Assembly (NCBI GenBank): GCA_013239625.1
Contig: MU054187.1
Coordinates: 2,179,757-2,243,756 of the forward strand
DNA: 64,000 nucleotides
Source of the DNA: Lama guanicoe
Taxonomy: Eukaryota
Reading direction: 5' to 3'
The notes under the pieces were generated by a model. The model was not told the DNA's origin, ran no database searches, and saw nothing but the letters and a program-made list of their open reading frames with translations. How positions within the stretch are numbered: the stretch's first letter is position 1; each line of letters opens with the position of its first letter. Both the position numbers and the translations under genes were made by a program. Below are positions 38,601-50,135 of this stretch, in pieces.

Positions 38601-41155
38601 AGCCCAGCGACGCTCCACGGTGGGCGTTCCTTTTGTCAGGATTTCGCAGGGGAGGCTGCAGCAGAGGAAAGGTCGTGCCTTGCACAAGACCATACGTGTC
38701 TCGGCCGGAGCTGGGGTTTACCCCCTAATGCCCGAGCCTGTCTGTGCTAGGCTGCCTCCCTCTCTCAGCTGGCGTGAATTACCGCCTCCCGTGAACACTC
38801 CCCGAGACACCCCATCCGCTGCGTGTGGTAATCACGTTGTTCTCCACCTCTGCCACTTACTAACATGTGGCACTGGCAAATTTACGTGGTATCTCTGTTT
38901 CACACAACTAACTCATAGGTTTGTTGAGAATATTAACCCAGGCCACATGAAGCACTTAGCATAGCAATAAGTGAAAGGCTTTACGATTATTAAATGTGCC
39001 ATGGTGGCACCGTCACGTTTAAATCAAAACATAACTGACACTTCCCTTTAGTAAATAACTCTCAGGCTTAAACTGAGTATTTGTGGCCTAAATTTCAGGC
39101 TGAGGTACATTATGACATAGAAACGTCAAGTTTCGTCGGTAATTTCAAAGATACACTTTGAAGAAGCAGAGACATCTGAGACTTCGATTGTGGGTCCCTG
39201 GTCCTTCTTTCTATGTCAGACGTGGACTCCCATCCCCTAAATAACATTATTGTTTAGGTCGCTTCAAACAGCATGGGAAGTCTTTTAAGTTATGAAGCAG
39301 ATCCATGTTATACCCCACTGAAACCATAAACCTGCAGATGACAGGTTTGTTCCAATAACCCTCTAGCCAGGGACATCCTGCTAAGGGCGTTCTGTAGATA
39401 TGGTCAGTTATCAGAGGTCCTGCTGAGAAGGCTATCAGGCAGTGCCCTGGCTTCGCTGTCCCCAGCCCCACACCTTGGGAGGGGGGGGGTCTCTTCCACA
39501 ACGGGAGCAAGGGGAGTGAACTGGTTGCAGCCCAGCTACTTTAACTCTTTACTCTCCAGTTCCATGTGAAAAATATCAAAAGCAACTACATTACAGTCCA
39601 TGCAACTCTGCAGTGTGGCCTGTGTTTTATATGCGTCTTTACAGCACAGCTTATAATGAGCAATGTCTCATCTCCTGGTAAAATTCCCAAACTACATTAT
39701 CCCTAAGTTATTTGGCATCCAACACACTGGCTTCCTTGACTGTTTGAAACTCGAACAAGTCACTTACACTATTTCACAGCTGCCATTTTTGCTGTCTCCG
39801 GTTAATGGAGTGCTGTTATTTTAACCTTTCTAGCAGTTTCAGGTGTAGCATAGAGACATGGATTGAGCAATTTCTAAAACATGTCTAGGTAGACAGGTAG
39901 GCAGACTTTCCAGACTAGGCTGCATTCCACTACCTGTGCCTCCATTGCAGTGTATTGTAATCACTTCTTCAATTCCTTGTTTTTTCTTAGACTGTTAGCA
40001 TTGAAAGCATATCTGTTTCCTTCACCTGTCTGCCCAGAATCTAGCATGAGTCCTGGCACAGATAGGAACGAACATCCTTTCGAACATCAGTTGCTGAAAA
40101 AGATTCAGTTGCAATGTTTGTTTGTGATTGTTATCCACAAACCGAGACACCGTCCTCTAGGAAGGATAATGCTGTAAGTTAATTTCCGAGAGGAGGAGAT
40201 ACCATAATGCTTCAAGCTTGCTGCACATTGAGCTTTCCCTCCAGGCAAAGAGATTAGCAGTTTCCTTAAAAATAAATGTCTAATCATGTTCAACGTATCC
40301 TGACATTTTTACGACCAAACATACAGCATCCAGCCCAAGGAAATGATCCTGTTTCAGATGAAAAAAAAATTTGCTTTCTTAGAATTTTCCAAATTTTACT
40401 TGGTCCTTATTTTGTTAAACAAGTCAAAGGATCGCCAAACATGGGATCTTATAATGCGCTTGAACTCCAGTCACTAGTGAAAAGTTGAGTTGGCAATCCA
40501 GGTGCACAGTAATGAGACATTTGCTGTTTTAAATGAGACTGAGACTTGCTAGTGTGTCCTCCCCAAGTAGCAAAAGGGAGGCCCTGCTCACCTCCCTTCC
40601 CTAAGTTTTTGTTTTTATTTACCAAAAAAAAAAAAAATCTTTCTTTTGTCAAGGTGATGACTTTTAAATTGCTCTGCTTGTGTGTTCAAACACCATGAGG
40701 TTTAGAAACAGTCCACGGCAGCGATGTGGTTGTGTTTCACTGGGAGCAGGGCAGAGGCTGCCTGTGCCTCCAGAGAGTTGTTTTGTGTTTTTATGGGTGG
40801 GACAGTTTGATTTTGAATTTTGCATGTTTTTCAGAGTGAAAAAGTGCCTTTTCAAAGGGAAGGCAGTGGGTAACCCAGAGTCTGGGATCTTGGTAGCATT
40901 ACCGTGGAAACAGGTGCTTTGTCCTCAGTGACTGATGGGTTTGGGAATTTAAGATCATACACAGTTTAGATTCCTACATGTTCTGTTCCTTCCCACTAAC
41001 CCTCCACAACGTCGCCATGGATGGGAAGTTAAGGCGGCAGTTTATATTTCTGCCTAACAGTGAGCCTCCTCCCTGCTGACGTGCGGCACCATCGAAGCCG
41101 TGAGAGCGTAGATGAGTGAGCGCAGTAATGGGCTGCTGTGACTTAGCAGGCGGCT

Positions 41156-41166
41156 TTTATTTTATT
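41156..41166 (-). terminator. Candidate OPRK1 polyadenylation signal (overlapping AATAAAATAAA)
   Basis: Plus strand reads ttttattttatt, i.e. two overlapping AATAAA on the minus strand about 3.1 kb downstream of the stop. Other TTTATT hexamers exist (near 42776, 41586, 40614), so the choice is inferred. Confidence 0.5.
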
Positions 41167-41984
41167 GCAAGGCACACAACCATACACACGATGCATAATC
41201 ATCAGCTTCTAAGCACAAGCTATAAATCATGTGCAGTAGCATAAAGAGCGTGTGAGTAGACTTCTGTCTCAGAGAAGAAAGCTGCCCTAGGGTAAGCAAG
41301 TTCATGCCCTTTGGGGATGAGATTTTTCATTTTGACGCTGAAGTTTCCAAACAGCTCTTGCTTAGAAAATAAGTCCTACTGAGTGGACACACCGCCTCGT
41401 CACGGGTTCTCCTTTAAAAGCTCCAGGTTAAAGCCAGCCGACGTGTTCCTTGCATCCCAGTTGCTCATCGGACGGCCCGATGCTGGATGAAGCCCCTGAT
41501 GATGGTCACGCAGGCTTAAGAACTTTGTGTCTCAGTGATACCTCGTAGAATGAAACAATTGTCTTAAAACGTATGCGAATTTTCCTTTATTTTTTTTCAA
41601 ACTTATCTTTCCAAACTATGCTTCCTTTTTAGTTTTAAGACTGGAGCTTTGACTTAACCTCTTTGCACAGGGGATGTGTCCAGATTTGTAAGAGTAATCA
41701 GAGACACTAACGGTGGTTCCGCTCTCCCCTGAGTAAGAATTACAGTTTTTCATCCTCATTGCTGCCTCCTGCACAATGTTTCATTTCTCTGCATTTTTTC
41801 TGACCCCTAACTAGGTCCTAAGCTTTTAGCAGGGAGAGAAGACGGAGTTCACAGAGAAAGCTGAATTCAGAGTTAGACACATGCAGCTCTCGTCCCAGGG
41901 AGACACAGCGGACAGTGCCCTCCTTGCTGTGATGGGGGACCAGGAACACCAAGAGATGGGGCATAGACGTGCACACCTGTCACA

Positions 41985-42062
41985 CCCATGCACACGCACA
42001 GGATCATACACATGCACACACATGCACAGACACACACTCAACTCACACACACGCACACACAC
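41985..42062. repeat. CA-rich simple repeat in the inferred OPRK1 3' UTR
   Basis: cacacgcacaggatcatacacatgcacacacatgcacagacacacac... Confidence 0.7.
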
Positions 42063-44164
42063 TTTTGACACAGAAATGCATTTGTGTAAGTGGTATTTTC
42101 CCTAACATACATGATTCACTTTATCATTCTTTCAAGTACTGGCCTGAGATGAATAGCCATCCTCTCCTCTTCCAGTTTGGGGAAACTGGTGCTTACAGCA
42201 ATGGAGACGCTTGGACATCATGACCTCACGGGCACTGAGAGCTGCTCCTCTCTCCTGGGGCTGCAAACTTAGACACAAAGAGATGCAGGATGCACGGGCA
42301 ATGTCTAGATTTCAACAATGGCAGTGGATCCTGTGAGCGTGAGTGGAATACGGATTTAAGGAGGTTTCTGTATTTCCCACATCAGTAGGAGCTGTTCCTG
42401 GAGCTACTCTCTATATAGTAGATAATGGCCAAGACTTTTAACCATGGGGTGAATCTCAACCAATATTTAAGCCATTCCTGGGTACATTTAATTACAAGAA
42501 TGTAGGAACGCCTAGGAAAGTCAACGAAATATAAGAAGCGCTCGGAAGAACACTTCATTTTCATTAGGGAAAACCTCGCCTCGCTGCCCCCAGTCACCTG
42601 TGTGAGGAGTCGTGAAAACCTGGAGCGCAGACAGACACCATCACAGCACAATTCTGGGGCCCCACAGACAGAATCTTCCATGGAAGGCGCTTCCAAAAGG
42701 AGAGCGTCACACACACGAGAGAAGTTGCACGGTGAACAGGACTCACCGACGTAGTGACGTCTATGGCCTACGTGTTTTATTTTCCAATAAATTCCACAGG
42801 GGGCTACCCTAGTAACATACAAGCTTAAAGAAGAGACGGGTGTTATTTGTCAACTAGCCCTTTCCTCTGCCCAGGCAAATTGCAGAGAAAGCCATTTCCT
42901 CTGAGATCATAAGTTTCAGGGGCAAGAAGGAAGAATTTATGTCTTCTGGAAGTTTTAGCAAAACTACCCTCAATGTGCTGCCCGTGGGTGTTATCCCCAG
43001 CAGGCGTGCTCCTCACGGAACACAGCGCCAGGTGTGTCCAAGCACCACGGGTGACATAATGTCCCCACTGTGCCCACGATGAGGGTCAACCCCACTTCCC
43101 GCTAAAAGCCAGAAAGCAGCGTCTCAAGGTCTGCACGACAAGACGCCCTCCTCCCACGAAGAGGGAGAGTTTGGCGGTAGCCACACCTTCATAAGGAGAT
43201 GCAGCTTGTAAACCTGCCTCTGCCAAGGCCACAGCCTGGGAGCCAGGTAACCACTGCTTGACTCATTAGCACGCGTTCTGAGCCCTGCTGAAGGACTAGC
43301 GGGCGCTCGGCGAGTCGGACAGAGATGGCGCCGTGACTGAGTCCCGGACAGAAGCCGACGCGGCAGCAAGACCTCTCAGCATCGATGGCTCGGGGACCTC
43401 GGGAGCGTGCCCTCCGGAAACTGCCCAGTGGGAAGGCCAGCCCATTCCTTATTTGCACATATACCATTATTTACAGGTGAAACTATAAATATATATATTT
43501 GGTGGTATTTGAACTTCATGTCTCAACATCAGGGAGTGCTTTACCATGAGATTATTTATCTGAAGAGCATGCTAAAAACAAACAAACCGTACTGTTCAAG
43601 AAGTGAAAGCATGTTGGAAACCGCCGTTTGCACGGTGAAATAGCTCCGTAAACATCGTGTAATTTTCTGCTACACGTGAGCAGCGGACACCTCCGGCGTG
43701 GGTGTCTTCGGCTGGGCTCCTCACCCCGCGTCACAGGAAGTGCGTGTCCACAGAGTGGAAAGAGAGCTGGGCACGGGCCCTGGGAACGTTCACCTTGCTG
43801 AGGCTGTGCTATCAATGTTAAGCTTCTGGACTGGATGCCCACGAAGCTCTGAAACCACTTTCTTTCCCTGTTTCCTAAATAGAGCTTTTGACACCACATT
43901 GCATAGAAAAGTCACAGCAGATGTGTCCTGAACTAAATCTAGGTAACCAGAAGGAAGAGGCTTGTTTCTTTGTTCATCAGAGGAACCTGGGCTCAGCCTT
44001 GCTTCCCCGCCCTGGAAGGAGGCTGCGTCTAATTGCCCAGACCTCCCTTGCGCCACCCCTGCAGGCTGGATGCTTCCACCGACCTGGGTCGCTAAGGCAG
44101 CCTGCATCCTATGACATCGGACCACGAGGTTCCTAAAGTTTGTTTAAAGTTCTACCTCTCCTTC

Positions 44165-44251
44165 TCAGACTGCAGTAGTAACCTGAGTTAGACCTAGATC
44201 GTTGAGCTCCCCTCCACCTGGAGAACTACAAGAAGACATCTCCACGACTAG
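44165..44251 (-). other. OPRK1: Stop-codon readthrough extension of OPRK1 (X-LVVEMSSCSSPGGGELNDLGLTQVTTAV*)
   Basis: TGA is followed directly by CTAG, then 28 sense codons, then TGA at 44167-44165. UGA-CUAG readthrough is established for OPRK1. Confidence 0.85.
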
Positions 44252-44784
44252 TCATACTGGTTTATTGATCCCGTCCACATCCCTCATGTAGGTGGGATTC
44301 TGAACGGTATTTCTCACTCTGCTCGTGCTCTGTCGCTCCATCCTCATCTTAATGGGAAAGCAGAAGTCCCTGAAACACCGCTTGAAGTTTTCATCGAGAA
44401 AGGCATAGAGGATGGGGTTCAGGCTGCTGTTGGTGTACCCCAGGGCGATACAGAAGTAGTAGCTGGAGAGGGCAGCCGTGCTGTGGGAGGTGCTGCCCAG
44501 AGCCTCCACGAGGATGAAGATGTGAATGGGGGTCCAGCAGACGATGAAGACCGCCACCACCACCAGGACCAGCCTGGTGATCCGGCGAAGGTTGCGGTCT
44601 TTCTCTCTGGAGCCGGAGAGGAGCCGGACGCTCTTCAAGCGCAGGATCATCAGCGTGTAGCAGACGATGATGATGAGCACCGGGATCACGAAGGCAAAGA
44701 CGAAGACGCAGATCTTCATAAACAGGTCCCACCAGGAGTAATCGTCGTCCGGGAACTGCAGGGAGCACTCGATGACATCCACGT
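44252..44784 (-). CDS. OPRK1: Kappa-type opioid receptor, coding exon 3 (ECL2-TM7, C-tail)
   Basis: Acceptor ctgcag|AC at 44784. Translates [26 protein letters not shown]...[15 protein letters not shown]...[25 protein letters not shown]...NKPV, TGA at 44254-44252; 533 nt. The three exons total 381 codons in frame. Confidence 0.98.
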
Positions 44785-47119
44785 CTGCAGCGGGTGACAA
44801 AACAAGACCGCAAAAGGAAAACTGGTTGTGATTACTGTGGCTGCCAAGTGTTCTGAATGTGAATTTTGATACCTTTGGTCGCCAAGGTCCAATCACGCGG
44901 AGGCGATATTCCCCAAAGCAGATCACCAAATTAAGAATGAATGCCATCTACATTAACCATCCAATCTTTGCACATAGAACAATGAAGCCAGAAGGTCACC
45001 ATTTATTGGTAACACATACAAGGCTTCAGAATAAATGAGATTAGCCAGGAACATGAGTTATCTAGTTGTGGAACTGGTTTGACATGGATGACTTTCAGAA
45101 GAGCTAATCTGCTCATTTATAGCATGAGTACTTACCTGCATTTCCGTATATTACCAGTTCTCCCAGACCTAAGGCTCTGGCAATAAAAGCTAGTATCTCT
45201 TTGTGATAAATGATCAAATATTTCCAATCTATCCTTTCCATTTAACAAAAGCCAACTTATCTGAAAAATATTAAATGGTTTACAAGAAATTATTATGTAG
45301 GTCAATGAAAATACAAGCAAAATTTTAAGTATGACCCAGCTGTGTGATTTAATGGAACCAATGGTGGTCATTGTGACAGAGTATTGCTAAAACACGAGCA
45401 AACTTTTGAAGAAGAAGGAGGAGGAGGAGAAAGAAAATAGAAGGGGAGGAAAATGAGGAAGAGAATCATCATCACCATCAAGGAAATTCACAAGTCAGAC
45501 ACATTTTTCACTTTTGCAAACATCGACTAGGTAACAGGTAAGACAAATACATTGATATGATTACTTAGAAACCTGCTTTATTTGCTCTGCTTCTCTTTAC
45601 TGGATAGTATTCTCTTTGGAGTGGCCATAAGATTAGAAAGAGCAGAGAGCCAGGATAAGCACTTTATATCATACTTTCACTGGCGGCCCTCTCACCTGTC
45701 CAGGCTCCCCTGTCCCCAGGCATCAACCAGCCAACACTTTTCCTCTTGCCTCTGAGCAGTCACTGAGCACGGAGCAGGCTACACTCTCTTTGTCCTGATC
45801 CTTCCTTACAGATAAAGGAATCAAGCAATACTAAGTTGTAATTTTTATAATGAAAATATTTTCTTCTGACATTGAAAATATCTGTGTTAAAAATAGTACA
45901 ATATTTTTGAATAACGAAAACAGCTCTATTAACAATGTTTTCTAAAACATCTTAATGTGCTCTTAATCATATATGCCTTAGTAAAACAAAATACATCTTC
46001 TTAGCATTTCAATTAGACATAATTTAAAATACAAAGAATATAATCATTTTGGCCAATTAATAAAGATGATTACCTTAAACTTATCTTTTATCAACTAAAT
46101 ACTAACTCAAATCTCCCAGAATAACCTGTGATTTTTGATTCTCTGAAAAAGGTCATTGCCCAAAGTACTATTACTATGAAAACTGTAAGAAACAGACAAG
46201 CACCTCTCTTAATTTTTGCTTTAGTGTCTATGGGGAAAAGAACAGTTAAAACCATTTTTTAAAATCATTACTATTTTATAGAAGAAATGCACTTATTAAC
46301 TTTTTCAGGGTGGCACATTGTAATCTAGCTAGCTTCCCTGAAGGTTTTTTCTTTCCTGATTTTGTATATTCCAACAGTGCCTCTTCTTGTGGTTGACTCA
46401 GCTTAAATGTCACTTTAGAGACATTTATACAGAGGCTGGTCTGTCTGAATAGTCCTCCTCCCTGCAACTTATATTCTGTCTACTTATTATACTTTATCTA
46501 TTTTTTGTCATTACATAATGACAGAAGCTAGACAGGAGCCAGACAGAAGCTCTTCTGCAATAACGTGTTGCCTTTCCTAATGTTTTTCTCTCCATCCAGA
46601 ATGTAAACTACCTTAGGGTAGGTACCCAATCCAGTCCTCCTTAAATACTGTTCAATCTCTGCCACATAGGGAGGCAGAAAAATACGGTGTTTGAGGAGAA
46701 TAAATTGTTAAATAAATAAACAAATGAATACCACATGGAAACCCCTGAAAATATGGGCTCAATATAGTAGTTATTATGGGAGAGTAATCTGCTAAGATAA
46801 GCAAGGCCACATAAGGGCTGGTGTTGAATTTGGATACATCTTTTAACTCTGAGGATCAGCTTCCTCTTGAACAGTTATCTTGTACGTAGTGGGAGCTCAT
46901 TAAATATTTAATGAATGGGTGAAATAATCAACTACAGTTGCTTTTACAAGACTTTGGAAAACACCCAGTGACAGAGGTGAAAATATCCTCAGGAAATGTC
47001 AGTGAAGCTGAATTTATAACAATAAGGAGAAAGGAGAATACTGAGGCAGCCACCAAGGAAATCCAAGTCCAAACACACCATTTCATTAAATGTTCTGTTT
47101 AGAGTGCATCTTTATCTTT

Positions 47120-48105
47120 AAAGACACAGTAGGCTGAAAGTGAAGGGATACAAAAAGATACCCAATGCAAATGGAAACCAAAAGAAAGCATGAGAACCTA
47201 GCTGTACTTACATCAGACCAAATAGACTTTGAGTTAAAAACTGTCACAAGAGGCAATTTTATATAATGATGAAAGGATCAATTCATCAAGAGGACACAAT
47301 AATTGTAAACATACATGCACCCAACATTGGAGCACCTAAATATATAAAGTATATATGAACAGAGCTGGAGGGAGACACTGACAGCAACACAGTAACAGGA
47401 TGGATTTCAATACCCAGCTTTCAACTATGGGTAGATTATCCAGATACACAATCAATAAGGAAATGGGGGACTTGAACAGCATTATAAATAAAATTAACTT
47501 AACAGACATACACAAAACATGCCATTCAAGAGCAACAGAATACACATTCTTCCTAAGTGTGTATGAAACATTCTACAGTGTGTAGATCACACGTTAGGCC
47601 ACAGAGCAAGTCTTAACAAATTTTAAAAGATTAAAATCATATCAAGTATCTTTTCTGACCAAAAGAAAACAGATACCTGTAACAGGAAGAAAACGGGAAA
47701 ATTCACAAATATGTGGAAATTAAGCAACACACTCTTGAACAACCCAGGGGTCAAAGAAGAAATCAAAAGGTTGAGATGAATGAGAAAGAAAGACAATATA
47801 CCAAAACTGGCAGGATGGAGCAAAAGCAGGTCTAAGAGGGAAGCTAATAGTGAGAAACAGCTACACTGAGAAAAAAAGAAGGCTCTCAAATAAGTAAACT
47901 AACTGCACATACCAAGGAACTTAAAAAAAAGAACAAACTAAGTCCAAAAGTTAGTCAGGAAGGAAATAAGAAAAGATAGTCAGGAATAATGAGATAAAGG
48001 CTAAAAAAAGAAAAAAGAGTTGGTTCTTTTTGAAAAGATAAACAAAAATAACAAAACCTTAGCTAGACTAAGAAAAAAGACAGAAGATTCAAATAAGCAA
48101 AATTA
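47120..48105 (+). mobile_element. L1 ORF2 endonuclease-region fragment in the last OPRK1 intron
   Basis: Peptide DFNTQLSTMGRLSRYTINKEMGDLNSIINKINLTDIHKTCHSRATEYTFF, typical of the L1 endonuclease domain; antisense to OPRK1. Confidence 0.92.
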
Positions 48106-48503
48106 TTTCATATTTTTTAAATGCTTCTCTAATAAAGTTTGGCATTTCTTAAAATTTACCAAGCGTTATAGCTGAACACCTGGAGTGCTTATGTGGGAAA
48201 TTAATTTTATAGTTTAAGAGGAAAAGGATTATGCTTCATTTAAAAATGTGTATCCTGCAAGATAAGCTGGGGTTTTAGCACTGCCCTTTCACCATGACCT
48301 GGAAGGTTCCTTCCGACTTATCTGTACTCGCAGGTATCATGAAACTCCCTAGTAAACTGGAGCATGTAGCCAAGTCTTAGCGCGATAGCCAGCACTGGTG
48401 AAGTCCAAAGTGATCATTCTGCTCCTCTCCGCTCTGTGAATCCCTGTTAAGCTCCAAGAGTTTATCACAGCTTTCTCTTTTACTAGGAAAACAAAACTCC
48501 TAG

Positions 48504-48679
48504 AACGGTGGTTCTCACGTTGGTTGCGGGTCACAGGCACCTGGGGAGACTCTAGCATCTGGACAACCAGACTGTGCCTCAGGTCAATGAAGCCAGACCC
48601 TCCGGGGTGGGACCCAGGCAGCAGTATTTTCTAACGCACCCAGGTGATTCCAACACGCAGCCTGGGGTGAGAACCATGG
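48504..48679. mobile_element. MER5A (hAT-Charlie) MITE
   Basis: Terminal inverted repeats gtggttctca...tgagaaccat; internal ggggtgggacccaggcagcagtatttt...caggtgattcc. Confidence 0.8.
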
Positions 48680-48974
48680 TGCAAGAAACACAGGGAAAAC
48701 ATCAAGTATTCAGTATGCATGGGGTAAAAAGTAATGAGTCCAAAGTCTGATGGGTTTGCTCATCCGTACTACCTCCATCCGTGAACCTGCCTGTGAACGG
48801 CCGACAGCCAATGAAGCTTCGTGACAGTGGTGAGGAGATTAACGCCTAAGCAAGAGATTTGAGAGCAAGCGTGTGGCTCTGATTCTGGGCCCTTTTTAGG
48901 GAGAAAGAAGAGGAGCAAGGAGGTGGATCAGAACTGCCAGGATGCAACAGAAATGTATTTTAAAAATCCACATT

Positions 48975-49363
48975 ACAAAAAAGAAACAGACTCACAGACG
49001 TAGAAAACAAACTTATGGTTACCAGGGGAGACAGTGGGCAGATAAATTGGGAGTTCGGGATTAGCAGATACAAATGTCTATATATAAGACAGATAAACAA
49101 CAAGGTCCTACTGTTTATACAAGGAACTACATTCAATATCTTATAACAGCTTATAATGAAAAAGAATATGAAAACAAATATGTACATATGTATAACTGAA
49201 TCACCATGCTGTACGCCAGGGAACCATATTCAGTATCTTGTAATAGCCTATGATGAAAAAGAATATGACAACAAGTATATGTGTGTATACCTGAATCACT
49301 CCGCTGTGCACCAGAAATTAACACAACATTGTAAACCGACTAGACTTCAAAAAAAAAAAAAAA
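48975..49363 (+). mobile_element. L1 3' end with internal tandem duplication and poly(A)
   Basis: The segment ggaac..tattcaatatcttataacagcttataatgaaaaagaatatg occurs twice; TSD-like aaaaatccaca / aagaatccaca. Confidence 0.9.
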
Positions 49364-49782
49364 GAATCCACACGCCTGCGGCTCGTTACCTCATCCCACC
49401 TCTCCAGATCCTGATCTGCGCTTTCTGAACAGGACATGGGCTGGGTGCCTGCGTTCTGGCCACACCATTATCCCATCCTGCATTTAGATGTGGAAAGGAA
49501 CACAAAATTGTTTCATTTCTCATCTTCCGTGAAGGTGGGCATTACATTTCCTTTGGCTTCTGGCTTTCTTTCTAGGTATGTGTCCTCCTCACTCCCAAAT
49601 TAAGAGTTTGTGTAATGAGAAGTTACGTTTTTAAAAATGAAATGATATAACTGAACCACTCTGCTGTACACCTGAAACTGACACAATGTTGTAAATCAAT
49701 ACAAAATATTTTTCCTTTTATGAACAATCACAAAATCAATAACTTTAAAAGGCGAGAAAGAAATGAGAACAGCTGCCCTTAC

Positions 49783-50135
49783 CTTCCCTGACTTTGGTCC
49801 CTCCGAGGACAATGGCAGATATGCCAACGGAGGAAGACAGGATCCAAATGCAGACATTGATGATCTTTGCCTTCATGGGCGTGCGGAAGTCGAGAGCCTT
49901 GACGGGGTGGCACACGGCGATGTAGCGGTCCACACTCATCATGGTCAAGGTGAAGATGCTGGTGAACATGTTGTAGTAGTCGATGGAGATGACGATCTTG
50001 CACAGCACGTCCCCAAACGGCCAGGAGTTCATCAGGTAGACCGTGCTCTGGAAGGGCATGGTCGTGGTGACCAAGGCGTCCGCCAAAGCCAGGTTAAATA
50101 TGTAGATGTTGGTTGCTGTCTTCATCTTCGTGTAC
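49783..50135 (-). CDS. OPRK1: Kappa-type opioid receptor, coding exon 2 (ICL1-TM4-ECL2)
   Basis: Acceptor tctttcag|G at 50135. Translates [21 protein letters not shown]...[37 protein letters not shown]...GGTKVRE. Donor G|GTAAGG at 49783/49782; 353 nt. Confidence 0.98.

Noticed and set aside
41898..41920. RE1-like half site (cggacagtgcc) in the OPRK1 3' UTR
   Set aside because: The left half (CAGCACC) is absent.
44785..44947. [10 protein letters not shown]... extension of the last-exon ORF
   Set aside because: Intronic run-in upstream of the acceptor at 44784; the exon phases already give the full 380-aa receptor.
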